Source: Hydrolagus affinis (Eukaryota). From it: a DNA stretch of 64,000 nucleotides. Positions 1 through 14,587 of this stretch are shown piece by piece. The DNA is taken from assembly GCA_012026655.1 (NCBI GenBank), contig JAAILG010000009.1, forward strand, positions 124,001-188,000, given 5' to 3'. The position numbers were made by a program, and so were the translations under genes. The notes below the pieces were generated by a model. The model did no database searches. It worked only from the letters and a program-made list of their open reading frames with translations, and had not been told where the DNA came from. Position 1 is the stretch's first letter. Every line of letters starts with the position of its first letter.

Positions 1-1173
1 GTCTCAAAGTTCTGGACTAAAACGTCATATTCAAACGAATCAAAGAATAACAGTCATTATCCAAACTGTTGCCACATCTGTGTGCGTAATAACTAGCTAC
101 TAAAGGATACTGTTGAAAATGGAGCCCTCGGAGCTGAAGCACTAAAATAAGGAGTGCCCTTGAATTTTCAACAGTGATTCAGATTAAATTGAGTGCACGG
201 CATGATAATCTTTCCACACCTTGTCTATTGGTGAGTGGAGTGATTCATGTACCGCACCTTTTCTGTGTTATGACTGGAGGCTACAAAGTTTTGGCTGTGG
301 ATGTGAAATCAAATGCAGGATTAGATCGTTTGCTGTGTGGTATGAATCATCTATGTGATGGAACGCTTATAATTTGTCTCACACCAAAACCACAGGTACT
401 TGATTTTGTTTCACTGCTACGGGCATTATCCACCTCTCAAAGTGCTATAAAAAACCATTTGGATGATTTTCAAAGTATGCACTGGGCGTCACAAAATATA
501 CAGTCAATCCACTTTACTGTATGTTCTGTGAAGCACGTTGAGACATCTCAACCACAAGATAAGGCCCAATATCAAATGCAAGGATTATTATTATCACAGT
601 GAAATCACAATGGCAGTACATTGACTTCTGTGGTAACCCACACAATATTAAAAATAATGTCCATGGAACATGGCAGTATAATTCGTCAGCAAATGAGCAG
701 CTATGGTATCCCACTTCAAAGATTTAAAAATGGTTTATGCTAAATACTGTCGTACGGTTCTCTCTTGGGCATGTCTATTCAATAGGCAGGTGAGACTGTA
801 TATTCAGCTCAGACAGATGAAGCATACAGTTAGGAGGACACGGAAATGACAGATTACTTGGGCGTAAGCAGACAGAAATCATGAGTGCAAAAGTGAATTG
901 ACATCATTATGTCTTGGAGAATGTTTGTCATGGATGTGATGCTTGATCCACCAATCAAATAACAAGTGGGTTCCTACTTACTGATAGGAGTGGTCAGGGA
1001 AGCATTTGCTCAGCAGTGAGTGATGTCTTAGAAATGTGATGAAAATGTACTTATGATTTAATTTTGCATCCTATTGTTTTCTTGCGGGACCAACAAAATC
1101 CTGCAGGGAAACTGGGATCTAATAAATGCAATAAATACGTAAAACATATTCTAATTTCACACAGATTATATTA

Positions 1174-1379
1174 CCGTAAAAGCCTGTTTATCCAGCACCC
1201 TCGGGACCTAGCCAATGCCGGTTAAAGCACATGCCAGATATTTGGCCGAAAACACACACAAAAAAATTAATGCATTTTTCCGGATAAATTCCGGTTAATT
1301 GAATGCGGACCTTTTTTTTGCGATGCCGGTTATACGTAAGTTACGGTTGATCGGGTGCCGGATAAACGGGCTTTTACTG
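1174..1379. mobile_element. Tc1/mariner (pogo/Tigger-like) MITE
   Basis: 27-bp TIRs C(A/C)GTAAAAGCCYGTTTATCCRGCACCC (3 mismatches), TA on both sides (1172-73, 1380-81), no coding capacity. Confidence 0.85.
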
Positions 1380-3231
1380 TATATATTTGTAGCTAAATAC
1401 CCTGCTGTTTTCCCCCACTCGATCGCTGTTACTCAATGACAATAGAAGAATTGTCCAGAAAACAATTGGTTTTATATTGTGGACTATAAAGTACTGTAGT
1501 CTTAGCACTGAATTCTCTCATTGTGGGCTGTGCTCAGCAGTGTGGTGCTCATGTGTTGTGCCACAACTTGGGTTTGGAACTGATTCAAAACCCATGAAAA
1601 GAATGATGTTGCATTGTACTTGCTGAAAATTAATTGCAAAATTCTAGGGAATGCAGATGAATTATTCATGTATCCAGTGTAGACGCTTACGACGTTGAGG
1701 CTGGTCAGAAGCTAATTGTGTTGAGAATCCCTTATGTAAGAATACCCCGCGTGGAAGAACGTTGATATATTTTAACGTGTGTTGTATAGGAATGTATCTC
1801 GATATGTTATACTTATGTTTATACATAAACATAATTTATTCTTATTACTTTGATATATTTATACCCCCTTCTTACATTGCGCCTAAAGACTTTCCTCTTT
1901 GACTGTCGTCTCCCCACTCCCACTGGCTCAGCGCCATGTACTGCCACTGTCAAGCCCTCTGGGACAGTACCCTGTGCGAAGAGCGCTATATACATGCAAG
2001 TTACTGTTATTGTTGGCTATGAATGATGCTCAGTGTAATTCTGGACAGGGCCAGTGGATTGAAATGGGCTGTGCCTTTCTCTAATTCCACTTCTGACACA
2101 GTTTGAACTTTATCTCTTGAAAATTATCAGGACGTGTGGAATTAGTGGAGTATTATATCTAGCATGTTGTGTCACCCAGCCTTAAACTGTAAACAATATG
2201 CACCTGGGAGCTGTAAAATGGTTGCTTGAGTCCTGTATTACAGTCACTCTGGCACACCCCACCGTCTGTTATTTGTGAGCAATACAGGTCTCGTTTCATT
2301 TGTTTTTCTCCCTCTGCTGTTGGTCTGCATTTCTGCTGTCGGCAGCTGCCAGCGTGAGCAACACCTGTTTGCATGCACTATCTTTAAAGTTTGCACATAA
2401 ACAAGACACCGATAGACACGCTGCTCGGATTTCCACAAATTTCATTCTGCTGCGTATTACGATAAATTAGAATGGCACTTATCATTGTATCTTTCAGGTC
2501 AACTAATTGTACCTTCAACCATATCCTGGGTGGGTCTGAAAGTAATCAACCTGAGTGATCATGATGATGTGTTACATTTCTTTTTTGATCTGTGCTGCGC
2601 CGTGAATGACCTGACCTTGCAGGATCACAAGATAGGTTTGGATGAAGAAGGCACCTTGACCCATTCGATCGAATCCTTCCAGAAAACCCACCCTAACTAT
2701 CCCCTCATCAGAGCATCAAGCTTTTTTGTTAAAAAAAATGAGATTAGAAGATGCAGTATAGTACAGTATATCATCTACATAGTTTGGATACCATCCAATT
2801 AAATGCAGGTAGACTTTGAACAATACAATCAACCAACAATCGACTTTGAACTATTTGCTGCTTCCTCCCTTGATCACTTTGCTTTCCTACTCATAATAAA
2901 AATCATTGCTGCATTTCAAACCGCGCCTCATCAAGTCCTTGAGATGCCTCAAAGCACTTCTCAGGGTATACTGTAAAATGGATTGGGAGTTCAAGGTGAG
3001 AGGGGAGTGCCTCTGGTGTCCTGGCTGCCAATCCCCCAAAGATAGTCGGTCACTCATTTCATAGCTGTTTGTGGGACATTGCTGTATGCAAATTGCTTGG
3101 TATGAATGCATTTGCCCACAAATTACACAGTCACACCACTTTACAATATACCCTGAAGCATTTAGCGATGCTTTGGCAATGTGATATGTCACTATATTGA
3201 ATGCAGATACTGTATTATTATTTTATTATTG

Positions 3232-3546
3232 GAGTCCTGTAGCTCAGTGGTTAGAGCACTCGCTTTATAAGCGGGAGACCTGGGTTTAATTCCAGGCAGT
3301 GGTGAAACCGTGGGCAAGTTTTCTTACTCCACATGCCTTATAATAATCCCTAAAAAAAAAAGCAATAATAAATCGGTCATTTCAGTCTCCGACTGTGTGT
3401 GGGACTCTGCTGTGTGCAATTGACTGCTGCACTTCGCCTACAAATATACAGTCAATTCACTTTACAGTATATTCTGTGAAGCCCTTTGAGACGTCTAGAA
3501 GATGCGAAAAGTACTATATCAAATGCAAGCATTATTATTATTATTG
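3232..3546 (+). mobile_element. Full-length tRNA-derived SINE (short subfamily)
   Basis: A-box TAGCTCAGTGG, degenerate B-box GGTTTAATTCC, shared body, stem-loop tail, (TTA)n end. Confidence 0.9.
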
Positions 3547-4542
3547 TTATTTAACTCTCTTACTATGGGCTATGGTCAGCAGTGAGTGCCTTGTGGTATT
3601 CAACCACTTAGTTTGGAACCGACTTGTGTTTTATTACATTTACTGAGAGTCAACGACAGCTTTTTGTACAATGTGAATACCAACACGCCAATAAGCAAAG
3701 TAAACTTAGATCTCGTATTTCACCACTAAGTGCTCAGAAAGGTTTCCTGTGTGTTATTTGTGAACTGTGTATCTTTTAACGGCTTTGCACGCAATTATAT
3801 AATTCCATGTAATGACTCAAAGCATTACGGGATTTGGCTGTAAATAAAATGCAAACAAATTCTCATATTTTTCTCAAGAGTCTTTTTTATCAATTTGACA
3901 GCATTCCTGAAACTCTGAACCTCACTAGGAGAAAGAATCTATTTTTCTTACAAATATCCAGTGTGACCAAAAAGTCGGGATATGATTGCAATGTCTACCT
4001 AATAAGCCTTAAAGAAATCAGGATTTTTTTTTAGATAATAGGGGAGCTGAAAAATAGGGCTTTTTGTTCACCTTGTATTAGTGTACTAGTGATTTAACTG
4101 TCCAGTCCATCTACAACACTATTTACATTTATACTGAATGGTGCCTTTCACGTTGGGACGATGTCTAACAGCATTTAATTTATTGTGCTGTTGTCTTGGG
4201 CATATGCTTTGGATACTAAACTTGCCCAAGAAATGTAGGTATTAGGTTGAGGCAAAATATTTTGCCTAATTATAGCTCATAACAGTGACCTTTTTGACAG
4301 GTGAGGCAGTCTGCCTTAGGCGAGCTTTGAGTTTGCCGAACCAGACTATCTTGTTACCATTGCAATGGGCCGTTTGTTGCAAGCACAATGTCTTGGCCTC
4401 GTTACCTGATGGCCTTTTGCTCCCGTGCTTGCCTCACTCGATGAGGAAGCTGCCACATTATGCGGAAATGACATATCATTTATTTACTCTTGGTGATTGT
4501 TCACATTCGCCCATTGAATTCTACACCTGCCTGTGAGGAGCC

Positions 4543-4890
4543 TTAATGACGTCTTTGAAATGTCTCAAAGCGCTTCGCAGAATATACTATGAAGTGTAGC
4601 GTCTGTGTATTTCGTGGGAAAAAACACGGCAGCCAGATGCGCACAACAGTGTCCCACAACGGGTCATGGATTGGGTGACCAAATTATTATTCATTTTTAT
4701 AAATTTTAGTTTTGAAAAGATTACTACCAGCTGAAAAAACGATCTGCCATTCTACAAACAACCGGGTTCCTACTTATTGCTAAGTGAACAGAGTCATATG
4801 GAGTAAGGAAACTTTTGCCCTGCCCGGGAATCGAGCCCAGGTTGTCTCATTTGCAAGGCAAGCGGTCGAACCACAAAGCCACAGAACTCC
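4543..4890 (-). mobile_element. tRNA-derived SINE (long subfamily)
   Basis: Reverse complement of head and tail; contains the extra central segment. Confidence 0.8.
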
Positions 4891-6351
4891 ACAATGCAAC
4901 CAGAACAGAATTGTAACCAGATTCGATTCCAGTTGCAAACAGGGAGACGTCAACTGGGAGAAATTCCCTTTCTCTTTTTGAATAGTGCCATGGGTGGGGG
5001 TGGGGTGGGGCGGTTAGGAAATCCATCCGCATAACCAGCCTTGAAATGAGCCATGCTAAAATTCAATACGTTAAATATAAATATCTATATTTTACTTGTT
5101 TAGAATCAAGTAGCGTCACCGTCAGTCCTTTCCTAAAGATGAGCGGCTTCTTGCTTGGTCTCTCCCAGCCTCCCCACTCCCGAGCTGCTTCTAGCCTGTG
5201 CGTTTCCACTGTTGTTTTATTGTGTGTGTAATTTAAGGCAAATACAATTTGCACAGTGCATCCGCTTACAAACAGCCATGAAATAACCAATTAATTTGCA
5301 TCTGGGGTTAAATTTGGATGAGGCAGATTTATAAAGCAGGTGAACTCGCAGAAAGGCTACAAATTTATTTGAAATTGAATGCATGTAAAAGTTTATGATA
5401 CACAAATAATTACAGTTATTGAGCACATATTGAAGTATATTCCTCTATAATAATAATCCTATAATAATCCTTGCATTTGATATAACACCTTATCACGTCT
5501 TCAAGGCGTCTTAAAACATTTCACGTTTACTGTAAACTGAATTGATTGTATTTTATGGGCGAAATATAGCAGCCAATTACGCAGAGCAATTTGCAGACTA
5601 AGTATTGTAAAAGCATTGTATTGTCAGGCAGGGACTAATTTTATAGCCCGAGGAACAATCATTTTAGCAATTGTGCAAAATATTATAATTCGGGCAATGT
5701 TCCCAAACTCTCTTGTGGAGTAAGAAGAAGAATAGTCTCCTTTTCACAGACAATGACTGTGTACAGATCTGAGAATTATATACAGTGGTGGGGGATTGCA
5801 GTTATGAATGAGTTCTCACTGTTTCCCAGCTATTAACGTTGCTGGTTTAGAACTAGTGGACTACAGACAAGCCCAAGCTTGTAGACAATTCAATCTTTCT
5901 TCAGCTGCTGCCATCCCTCTGTTGATATGATCAAATACAGCTCAGACTAAAAATACAGGATTTCTCCCATTGGCACTGAATTTTGCCATTGTTTTCCCAG
6001 CTGCACAGTCACTGATGTTAGATGCCTGATTTATTCGTTCTTCATCGCTTTAAAAAAGCTGCATTGGTTTATGCTGTTGTCCTGCCTACACTGAAGCTCA
6101 ACGCGCATTTACATAGAATGCTACTTAACTCTTTGTCCATACAATACACAGTTAATTTACTTAAAATTTATCTGAAGCGATTTGGGAAGTCTCCAAACCA
6201 TAATATGGCGCCATATCCAATGCAAGGATTATTACTATTTTATTTATTTTATTTGCTGAAGGACCCTTTCTCAATGTGTTTTTTAAAGACTTCAAGTTAT
6301 CATCTCCCTTCTGTCTCTGCTTTTCCCCCTTTTTGGTAATCCTTGCATTAT

Positions 6352-6414
6352 AACCGGCGCAGACGAGATGGGCCGAATAGCCTCATTTTGTGCCGTAAAA
6401 TTCTATGATTCTAA
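6352..6414 (+). mobile_element. CR1 3' terminal fragment
   Basis: GATGGGCCGAATAGCCTC...TTCTATGATTCTA; similar ends at 49938-49988 and 51590-51655. Confidence 0.75.
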
Positions 6415-9400
6415 CTCTATTGTCTTAAGAGGACGGCCTGTCTGTGAGATTCATTGTGAAAGGGTTTGGAACAGATGCTCCCTCTCTGAGCCTGCCTGTC
6501 TGCCTTTGGAATAGCGCTTGACCTGCGCTTAACACCTTTCGCTGACTCAGCAGCGAAGATCAGGAACTTCTTGCTGTGACAATCTCCGATTCAGGACATT
6601 TATTACAGGTTTGTTTTGTTGGCAAATTTGCAATATTAAATTAACAGTAGGAATTTTTTTTAAATAGGCCCTCCAGAATACTACTTGCTTATTCTGCCAC
6701 AGCTATAAATTAAAGTAAAAATAACAATCTTGCATGTTTCTGTGCAAATGGTGGTCCGTGGTAAAGAACCTGAAGCATTTAGAGCCTGCAGCTTGAATAA
6801 ACTTACTGTCTGACAACTACAAGAATACTGGGTCTTTATGGCGCTTTCATCACTACATTTGCTTTGTTTCAGTGTACTTTTATTTGAAAGGCACAGCTCA
6901 GTTAGGAAAACAGTTGGTTGATTAATGTCATTTACTTTATGTTTCTGTTTATATTAAGAAATGTTGAGTGGGGTTAGATCACGAGCACTGTTTACACTAG
7001 GCAGAATCTATTCTTCATGAATAGATTCAAAATTCAACACCAAATTCTAGTTAAGTACCGTGTTCACTATGAGAAATCTAGGCTCATCACTAACTGCATT
7101 AAAGGAGCTGGGGTAACCACATCACAAGTATTGCTGCAGAGTTCTGCAGCCTTTTTATAAAACCAATTCCATCAATTACCTTTAGTGCTTATGTGCTTTG
7201 AGTAATATTTGTGCTCATGATTTGTGAACTTCTGCTCTGACAATAGTTTCTTTTTGTTTTCCGAAAGAACAGTTTGCTGTAGCCTGTTGTTAAGCACAGT
7301 TTGGGACTTAATAGTCATCTTGCAAAGTGGAGGGAGTGTGCAGTGAGTGGGATGAGTTGGAATGCACCATCTGGGAATGAGTGATTGGTGGTGAGGGAGG
7401 GGTGGGTGGGGAGGTGGAGGACAGAAGGTTAGAATTTGGATTATGAGTTCAGTGAAAGTTTATATGTTGAAACTGGCATCAGGATGATGAGAACAAACAT
7501 ACAGGTTTGACTTTGCCAGTGCTGATTCAGAAGCCACTGTTCAAGTGGCTTTTAGTGACAAACTGAGCTCAGATGAATCTGACCTACATTTGAGGGTCTA
7601 AATTCACTTTACAGTATATTTTATGAAGCGCTTTGAGACGTTTATATTTTGTGAAGCCGTTTGATCTGTCTCACTGAAGTGATAAGGGACTATATCTAAT
7701 GCAAGGATTACTGATATAACAATAACTGAAACAAGAATTATGATAATTGTATTTAGAAGTACTTTATTGTATTCAGTAGAACTATTTAAATATATTTAGA
7801 TGTCCAAAGGAATGGTGTGAGTGTGTTTCAGTGGTTAGTGGCAGATAATGATCCGTCGCTATTTGGTACAACTTCTTCTGTAACATGGATGGAGTGAGGG
7901 AGTGAGGAGGAAGTTATTGGTATCAGATATTGTTACACTCGACTCATCTGCAACAGAAAGTATAAATTAATTGTCAACACCCTGAAGTTAAAGTGTTCTC
8001 TCACTGTGATTTAAGTGAATGCATAGTTTCTCCATACCAGCTGCTAAATTCCAATATGAGCATCTTGAACAAGCTTTCACATGCCGAGAATATCCCAAAT
8101 TACATGGTGCGCTGTATCCATTCCACTCTCCTCTTTATTCTACCCCCGCGTCATGTCTGGAGGGACCTTGTACAACATCTAATTTCACTTTTTAAAAAAG
8201 AAACGAAAGCCGCAATTGCTGATTGCTATGTTTACACAGAAAACTGGAAACTTTGATCACAGAAGGAATCCATTTGGCCCATCATGTTTATGGCATTTCT
8301 ACAGTCTTGGTTTCTATCAATCCCACTCTACAGCTCTTAGCCCATATCCCTTGATGATTTTTTTTTCTTATGTGCCATTTCCGTTTTGAATTAATCTGTT
8401 GATCCAACCTCAATAGCTACTTGTAGTAATTAGATGCCACAAGGTTTTGCTGTATGCAGAGGGTAAACAGTGACTGGAAGAGGTTGCCAGGAAAGGTGGT
8501 AGAGGTCAGGATACTGGACAAAGAAGCTTAATGTTGTGATGTGGGGACGTTAGGGTGGGTGTTCTGTGAGGATAAGATTTGATTGGTCAAAGGACCTTCT
8601 TCATTCAGACCGATCTTATGATCTTGTTATTTTGTGAATTCCACACGCAATAACAACACCAACTAAATTACATTGATAGAGCGCCTTTCACTTCCAGAGG
8701 GCGTCCCAAGGCGCTGGAATTTCAGAGTGAAGAAAAGACTCATTCTAACCTCGCCCTGACTCTTCTGCTTCTTAATCATAAGATTATGAGCCAATAGCTA
8801 TGATTCAGATTCATTGTTTGTTATGATGAATTATCTTTATCACTTTATAACTGGCAATAAAGATATCTCTGCAAATGTTGTGGTACATTTTTCTCATTAT
8901 GGGTTGCAGCAGCTTAACACTTAAATACTTTTGAGGCCATGTAGATACAGTACTTTGCAACACATAAGTGTGCCAACTTTTTTGACAAAGTGTTCAAAGC
9001 CAGTACACAAGGGTCCCAGGTTTGCTCTTTCACCCACAAACTATGCAGACAATTCATTTTACTGTATATTCATGATAAGGTGCTATATTGAATGTATTAT
9101 TATTATTGAACTGTGCTGACATTGGTCATATTTGTGTGACTTTCCCTGAGGTGTCCTCATATTGACCTAAAATTTGTGACTTTATATACAATTTACTTTC
9201 CCTGCTAATGCACATTATATAATACGAAGAAACAGTTTAATTGGTTACTATGAAAATCCAGAAGTATAATTAGCTGGAACGAATCCCTTGTGTATTGTAT
9301 TTAAACTGAGCCACATTTCTTTAATGAGGATTTTCCAGTTGTTTTCAGTTCTTGGGCCAGTATGTATTTTACACAGAGGGTAATAAACATCTGGAATGCA

Positions 9401-11308
9401 TTGGCATAGGCCAGGAGTTTAGATTTTTTTTAAAAACAAACAGCTTGAAAGTGTAATAGAAAGATGATGGGATGGATAATGCAAAAGGATGGACTGAGGG
9501 ATTTCTTATGATACCAGCTTGATGTGGAGGTTGCAATGTCATTTAGTACACATCAGTGGTACTATAAATATCTGTATAGAATTATCGCTTATTCATAGGG
9601 CCTTTAGTTTGGCCTGCGTGTATATGTCAAGGAAAGTAGATTTCAATAAAATAGCAGAAGTCCTGCTTTCGAAATCATCCACTTATATGAGACCCAAATA
9701 TGGTCTGTGATGTAATAGTTACATAGCATAGAGCATTTTTAAACCCGTAGAAATAGAACACAGAATAAACTGAAGTGACTCCCAACTCATCTGGTAGTGT
9801 AAAGAATGGTTTAAGGAGTCGGGAATTAATGAAGCCAAAGAGAGGCCATGTCTAGGTTGTCAGAACAACCTGAAGCTGAATGTGCTAACCCGCAAGGCAA
9901 CCGCTGCGAGCAACATCATTGTATTTACAACACCAGTCATCGGGACCATTCACTTGTCCTTTGTGAAAACTCTTTATTCTTGTGCTCCTTTTCCTAAGTA
10001 AATGGTTAAAGATTCTGACTGGGTTAAATTGGCCTCTTGAGTTTAATTGCCTACAGTTGTACTCAGTTAATTTATCATTAATTTATAATGAATGTCATCG
10101 AGCAATGAAAGCAATAAAATAACTTACATCGAGTTGCAGAGCCCATGACCCGCATACTAAATAAGCCAAAAACAACAGCCACTCTAGGGGCTAGGATGGA
10201 TCCATGCAGAAAAAGACAACAGATTTATTTCTACACAGAGAGGTTTCTGTCTGTGGGTGGCCCTGGGTGATTGATGTATGAAAAAACAGGCTCTATCTTT
10301 AAGTTTTTACTGATCAATCTTTTTTTAAAATTGTGTAGGGCTGATCTGAGTGCCCCGGGAAGCGTTCTCTGCGTGATCTCCTGTTGTTGAATGCAGGGTA
10401 CAATTACACAATGTATCTGATAACAACCCATTTGGAAACCAGCTTGTACTGTGGTTTCAAAAATAAAAACACTCCAGAAAGCCTTCCCTAAGGGCCCCAT
10501 TTATATTTATTTAATTTTGTTTTGCTTTTTTAAAAAAAACTTTAGGGTTAAAATTATGCCTTACACTTCCATTACACAAATTGCTGTTATCAAGTTCTAG
10601 AGCCATCTGCAATCTGGAATATTAGAATGCCTTCCTGGAAATGCTGGGATTCATTTATTGCTAAGAAATCATCATATTTGATTGACCGCCAGCTTGAGCT
10701 GTTGGCCAACTCACTGCGCATTGCTAGCAGACCTGTTTGGCCTCACTTTCCATTGCTTTCATTGGCCAATAAAAGTATTGGGAGATTCCTGCACTCTGTT
10801 GCAATGCAGGGGTAGGAGTCCACATTGACCGAAGGAGGCCAGAAAGCTGCCTTCTAATGGTTGAAAAGCAGAAGCAGGCTGCCGGACTGCTGTGAATTCT
10901 TATTTGGTTGGTTCTCGTCCACCGTTTTGAGTAGTTAATTAAAGCCAGAGCAAAATAAAAACAACACATTCCTAAGCTGTGGCAGTATCGTGGTTGCACG
11001 CCTCCCGCCACCACTTTCCAACCGCCAACCCGATCCCCTAATTGTTGTCAATAGAAAAATAACCCTTTATAGGAGGAATGCAGCTTGAAAACACATTCTT
11101 TAGAGAAGAGTCACTTGAAGGTTTTGCCAGATTGTACCAGATTGTTTCCACCAAATTGTAAAGTCCGATGCTGATATACAGTCGTTTGAATGAACACTTT
11201 CCAAAATTGATAATGATAACGTATATTTGTAGCAATCGACTGCAGGTCATCATGTTGTCCATTCAGCTCAGGTGTGCGACTAAACAATCAATATAAACCT
11301 AGAAAATG

Positions 11309-11708
11309 AAAGTTCTGTAGCTCAGTGGTTAGAGCACTTGCCTTACAAGTGTGAGACCCGTGTTTGAATCCAAGCAGGACGAAACCTTGGGCAAGTTTCC
11401 TTACTCCACACGTCTAATAATAATCCCTCAAAAAAATAATAAAATTGGTCATTTCAATCCACGACTATTTGTGGGACACTGCTGTGCGCAATTGGCTGCC
11501 GCATTTTGCCCACAAATATACAGTCAATTCACTTTACAGTATATTCTGTGAAGTGCTTTGAGAGAAGACGTGAAAAGCGCTATTTCAAATGCAAGGATTA
11601 TTATTATTATACAGTCAATTCACTTTACTGTATATTCTGTGAAGCGCTTTGAGACATCTTGAAGACATGAAAATTGATATATCAAATACAAGGATTATTA
11701 TTATAATT
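11309..11708 (+). mobile_element. Full-length tRNA-SINE followed by a second copy of the 3' tail
   Basis: Head at about 11311, tail to about 11610, second ACAGTCAATTCAC...(TTA)n tail 11610-11708. Confidence 0.9.
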
Positions 11709-13844
11709 ATAAATTGGAAAAAGCTTGACTGACATCAGCCTTTTGAAACCACAATGATGTAATCATCCGATAGTTGCAAACAATAAATCAAATTAAATGG
11801 CTTTCCAGATAATCACGTGCAGTTAAAAATTAACCAAGTGTGTGCAACCCTGTATCAAACACGATGACTGAGCATTACTATAATCAATTAGATGTCTTAA
11901 GGGGATTTTGTATTCTTCTTAAATGAAGCAAAGTCAAATTTAATCTAGGCTTGGATTTACTCCAGATTCTTAACCCCTCGAAGTGTCAATAAATTCACAA
12001 ATTTTTAAATGCTATCTTATTTTTGAGATCTTAAAATAACCTGCAGAAAACTGGCCTATTTATATATCTCATTCATTTTTATTTGAAGAAACGCAAGTCA
12101 AGAAGACTATCACATTGCCCATCCTTCACTGCTTGCCAGCATTATATTTGTTCTCACCTCCTCTGAACCCACATTTACAATAATAATCCTTGCGTTCGAT
12201 CCAATGATCACTGCTGGAAGTGTGAGCAACTGAATGACAGGTGAGGACAGGTTCAAATCTGACATGAGCTAAGAGTAAGATTTTTTTAATGCAACGATTT
12301 TTCACGTGGCTGGGTGGCTCAAAACGCTTCACAGGTTATACTGTAAAGTGAAGTGTCTGTGTGGTTTCTGGGGAATACAAACGGCCCTCGGAGTGAGTGA
12401 CCAATTTTATATGGTGGGGGGGTGGGGGGGGGGGGGTTGTTGGCCAGGCCACTGGGAGAGAGAAACTCCCTTCACTTTTCGGAATAGTGTCATGAGATCT
12501 TTACCAACTGAGCGAGAAAATGGGACCTCAGTTTCGACGTCTCATCTGAAACAGCCACCATGAGTAATGTAGTGCTTATTTTGTAAACTTATTAAGTTGT
12601 TGTTATAATCTAGATGAATTGCTAGTACCACAAGCTCTGTGTTGTTAGAGCAGCTGTTGTTTGAGTGAGACATTAAACTGAGGTCCTATTTGTCTGTTCT
12701 GGTGAACTTTAACAAGCAGGCAGATCTCCCAATGGCCTGGTCAATATTCTTCCCTTGTTCAAATAATTAAATAAAGAATGAAATTTACCCGTTCACTTGG
12801 TCTGCAAGACGTTGCTGGCACAGACTTGCTTGCACAAACACAGTCACAACACTGTAAAGTAACCCATGGTACAAAGTCCTTTTGGATGTTTCAACATAAG
12901 GCGCGATGTGAAGGGCAGGCATTATTCATTGAAAATGCTCTGAAAATTTGCATTGCATCATTTGAGATCTTTTCCTTTGGGATTCTGTTCTAACTTGAAA
13001 GGGAACTGAAAAATGATGACAGCTCGCTGATTAATATTTATTCAGTAGCATGCTGTTGAGCTTCACAACAGTGAATCCGATCATTCCAACTACACTCCGT
13101 GGACAGTAAGCTGGAGGACAGAGCACACAAAGCACGTCTATTTCAGAAACGGGACAGGGCCAAGAGTAGGGAAAAAAGTATGTTCAGAATGTATTTTATG
13201 TTTCTCACCCTTCACACCACATCCTTTTCCTTTCTCGAGGTAAACAGTATGCAAAATACAAGGAATAAAAACCTTAATATGGAGAACATCCTTTGCACAG
13301 CTTGTTACACAGGGCAAGGAGTATAAGCAAGTCTCTTTTTTTTTACCATGTCTAAAAGGCATGTTATTAGAGATAAACTTTGTGTTATCGGCACATTTGT
13401 ACACATTCAGCCGCCTAGATAGTGATGATCCCTCTATGCTGCTTCGCACTGTAATTGTTTCCATTTGTCTCTGAAGTTGCAGCTCACATCCTCATCTGTT
13501 GCATTGAGTCCCTAAGTCCCCCGGCTGCCTCAATCAGACAGTTCCCTCAATCGATTGTGTTTCTTTTCCCCCTCATTGTGTTTTAACAAGACTAGATTCA
13601 GCATTGGACCAAATGAAAGGGGAAATCTCTTTAAAATACCAAAGAGGGAGGAGAACCAGAAGACAGAAACATGCATTGTCAAAAGAGGATATTGAGCAGA
13701 CTAGGTATTAAATAATATGTGATCCTTGCATTTGATTTAGCACCTTTTCACACTGGGGGGATGACTCAAAGCATTTTGCAGGACATACTGTAGAGACTGT
13801 ATGACTATACACCAGTGTAAAGACAAGAGGAGGCAAATTGAATC

Positions 13845-14133
13845 ATAATAATAATAATTCTTGCATTTCATACAGCACTTTTCACATTTTCTAGACATCT
13901 CAAAGCGCTTCACAGAATACACTGTAAAGTGGATTAACTGTCCATATGTGGGCGAAACGCAGCAGCCAATTGCGCACAGCAGTATCCCACAGACAATCGT
14001 GGACTGAAAATTACCAAAATTTTTTAGGGATTAATATTAGGCTTGTGGAGTAAGGAAACTTGCCCAAGGTTTTGCCCTGCCTGGAATTGAACCCAATTCA
14101 AACTTGCTTCTAATCACTGAGATACAGAACTCC
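13845..14133 (-). mobile_element. Full-length tRNA-SINE
   Basis: Reverse complement of the same consensus; (TAA)n at left end, head at right end. Confidence 0.88.
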
Positions 14134-14587
14134 ACATTCTTATAGAATGGAGGGACGCTGAATAATAATAATAATCCTTGGGTTTAAAGATTTTAAAATT
14201 CAAGATTCTTTGAGTCAACAATGTGTTAAGGTGGTATATCGAATGCAAGGATTATTACTATAATTTTGAGACAGCGCCTTATCACATCATTGAGTCACCT
14301 CAAAACACTTCACACAATAAACTGTAGTGAATTGATTGTATATTTTGTGACCGTAAAGATAGCTTAATAGTAAAAGCAAATTGAATCACAAAAAACATGA
14401 GCTATTGGGGGTGAAACGTGCACAACAGATTCATGGTGTGTTTTTTTTACTACAAAATATAGTCACAACACTTTGCAATAAATCTTGTGATGTGCTGTGA
14501 GACAATGTCAAAGGTAGTATATCAAAAGCAATTATTTTCACCCTAATAGAAACAGTGATTTTATTTTGGCCTTATCAGCTTATTTGT

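Noticed and set aside
174-602. 142-aa ORF
   Set aside because: No recognisable domain; the 3' third is SINE tail sequence (NIQSIHFTV recurs in many SINE-derived ORFs)
3232-3305. tRNA-like sequences (also 11311, 14590, 18851, 20056)
   Set aside because: They are SINE heads: variable anticodon loop, no proper acceptor stem, always followed by the SINE body
5100-5350. Possible further upstream promoter or non-coding exon (C-rich tract, CAG|gtgaac)
   Set aside because: Weak donor, ATG followed at once by a stop, no independent support
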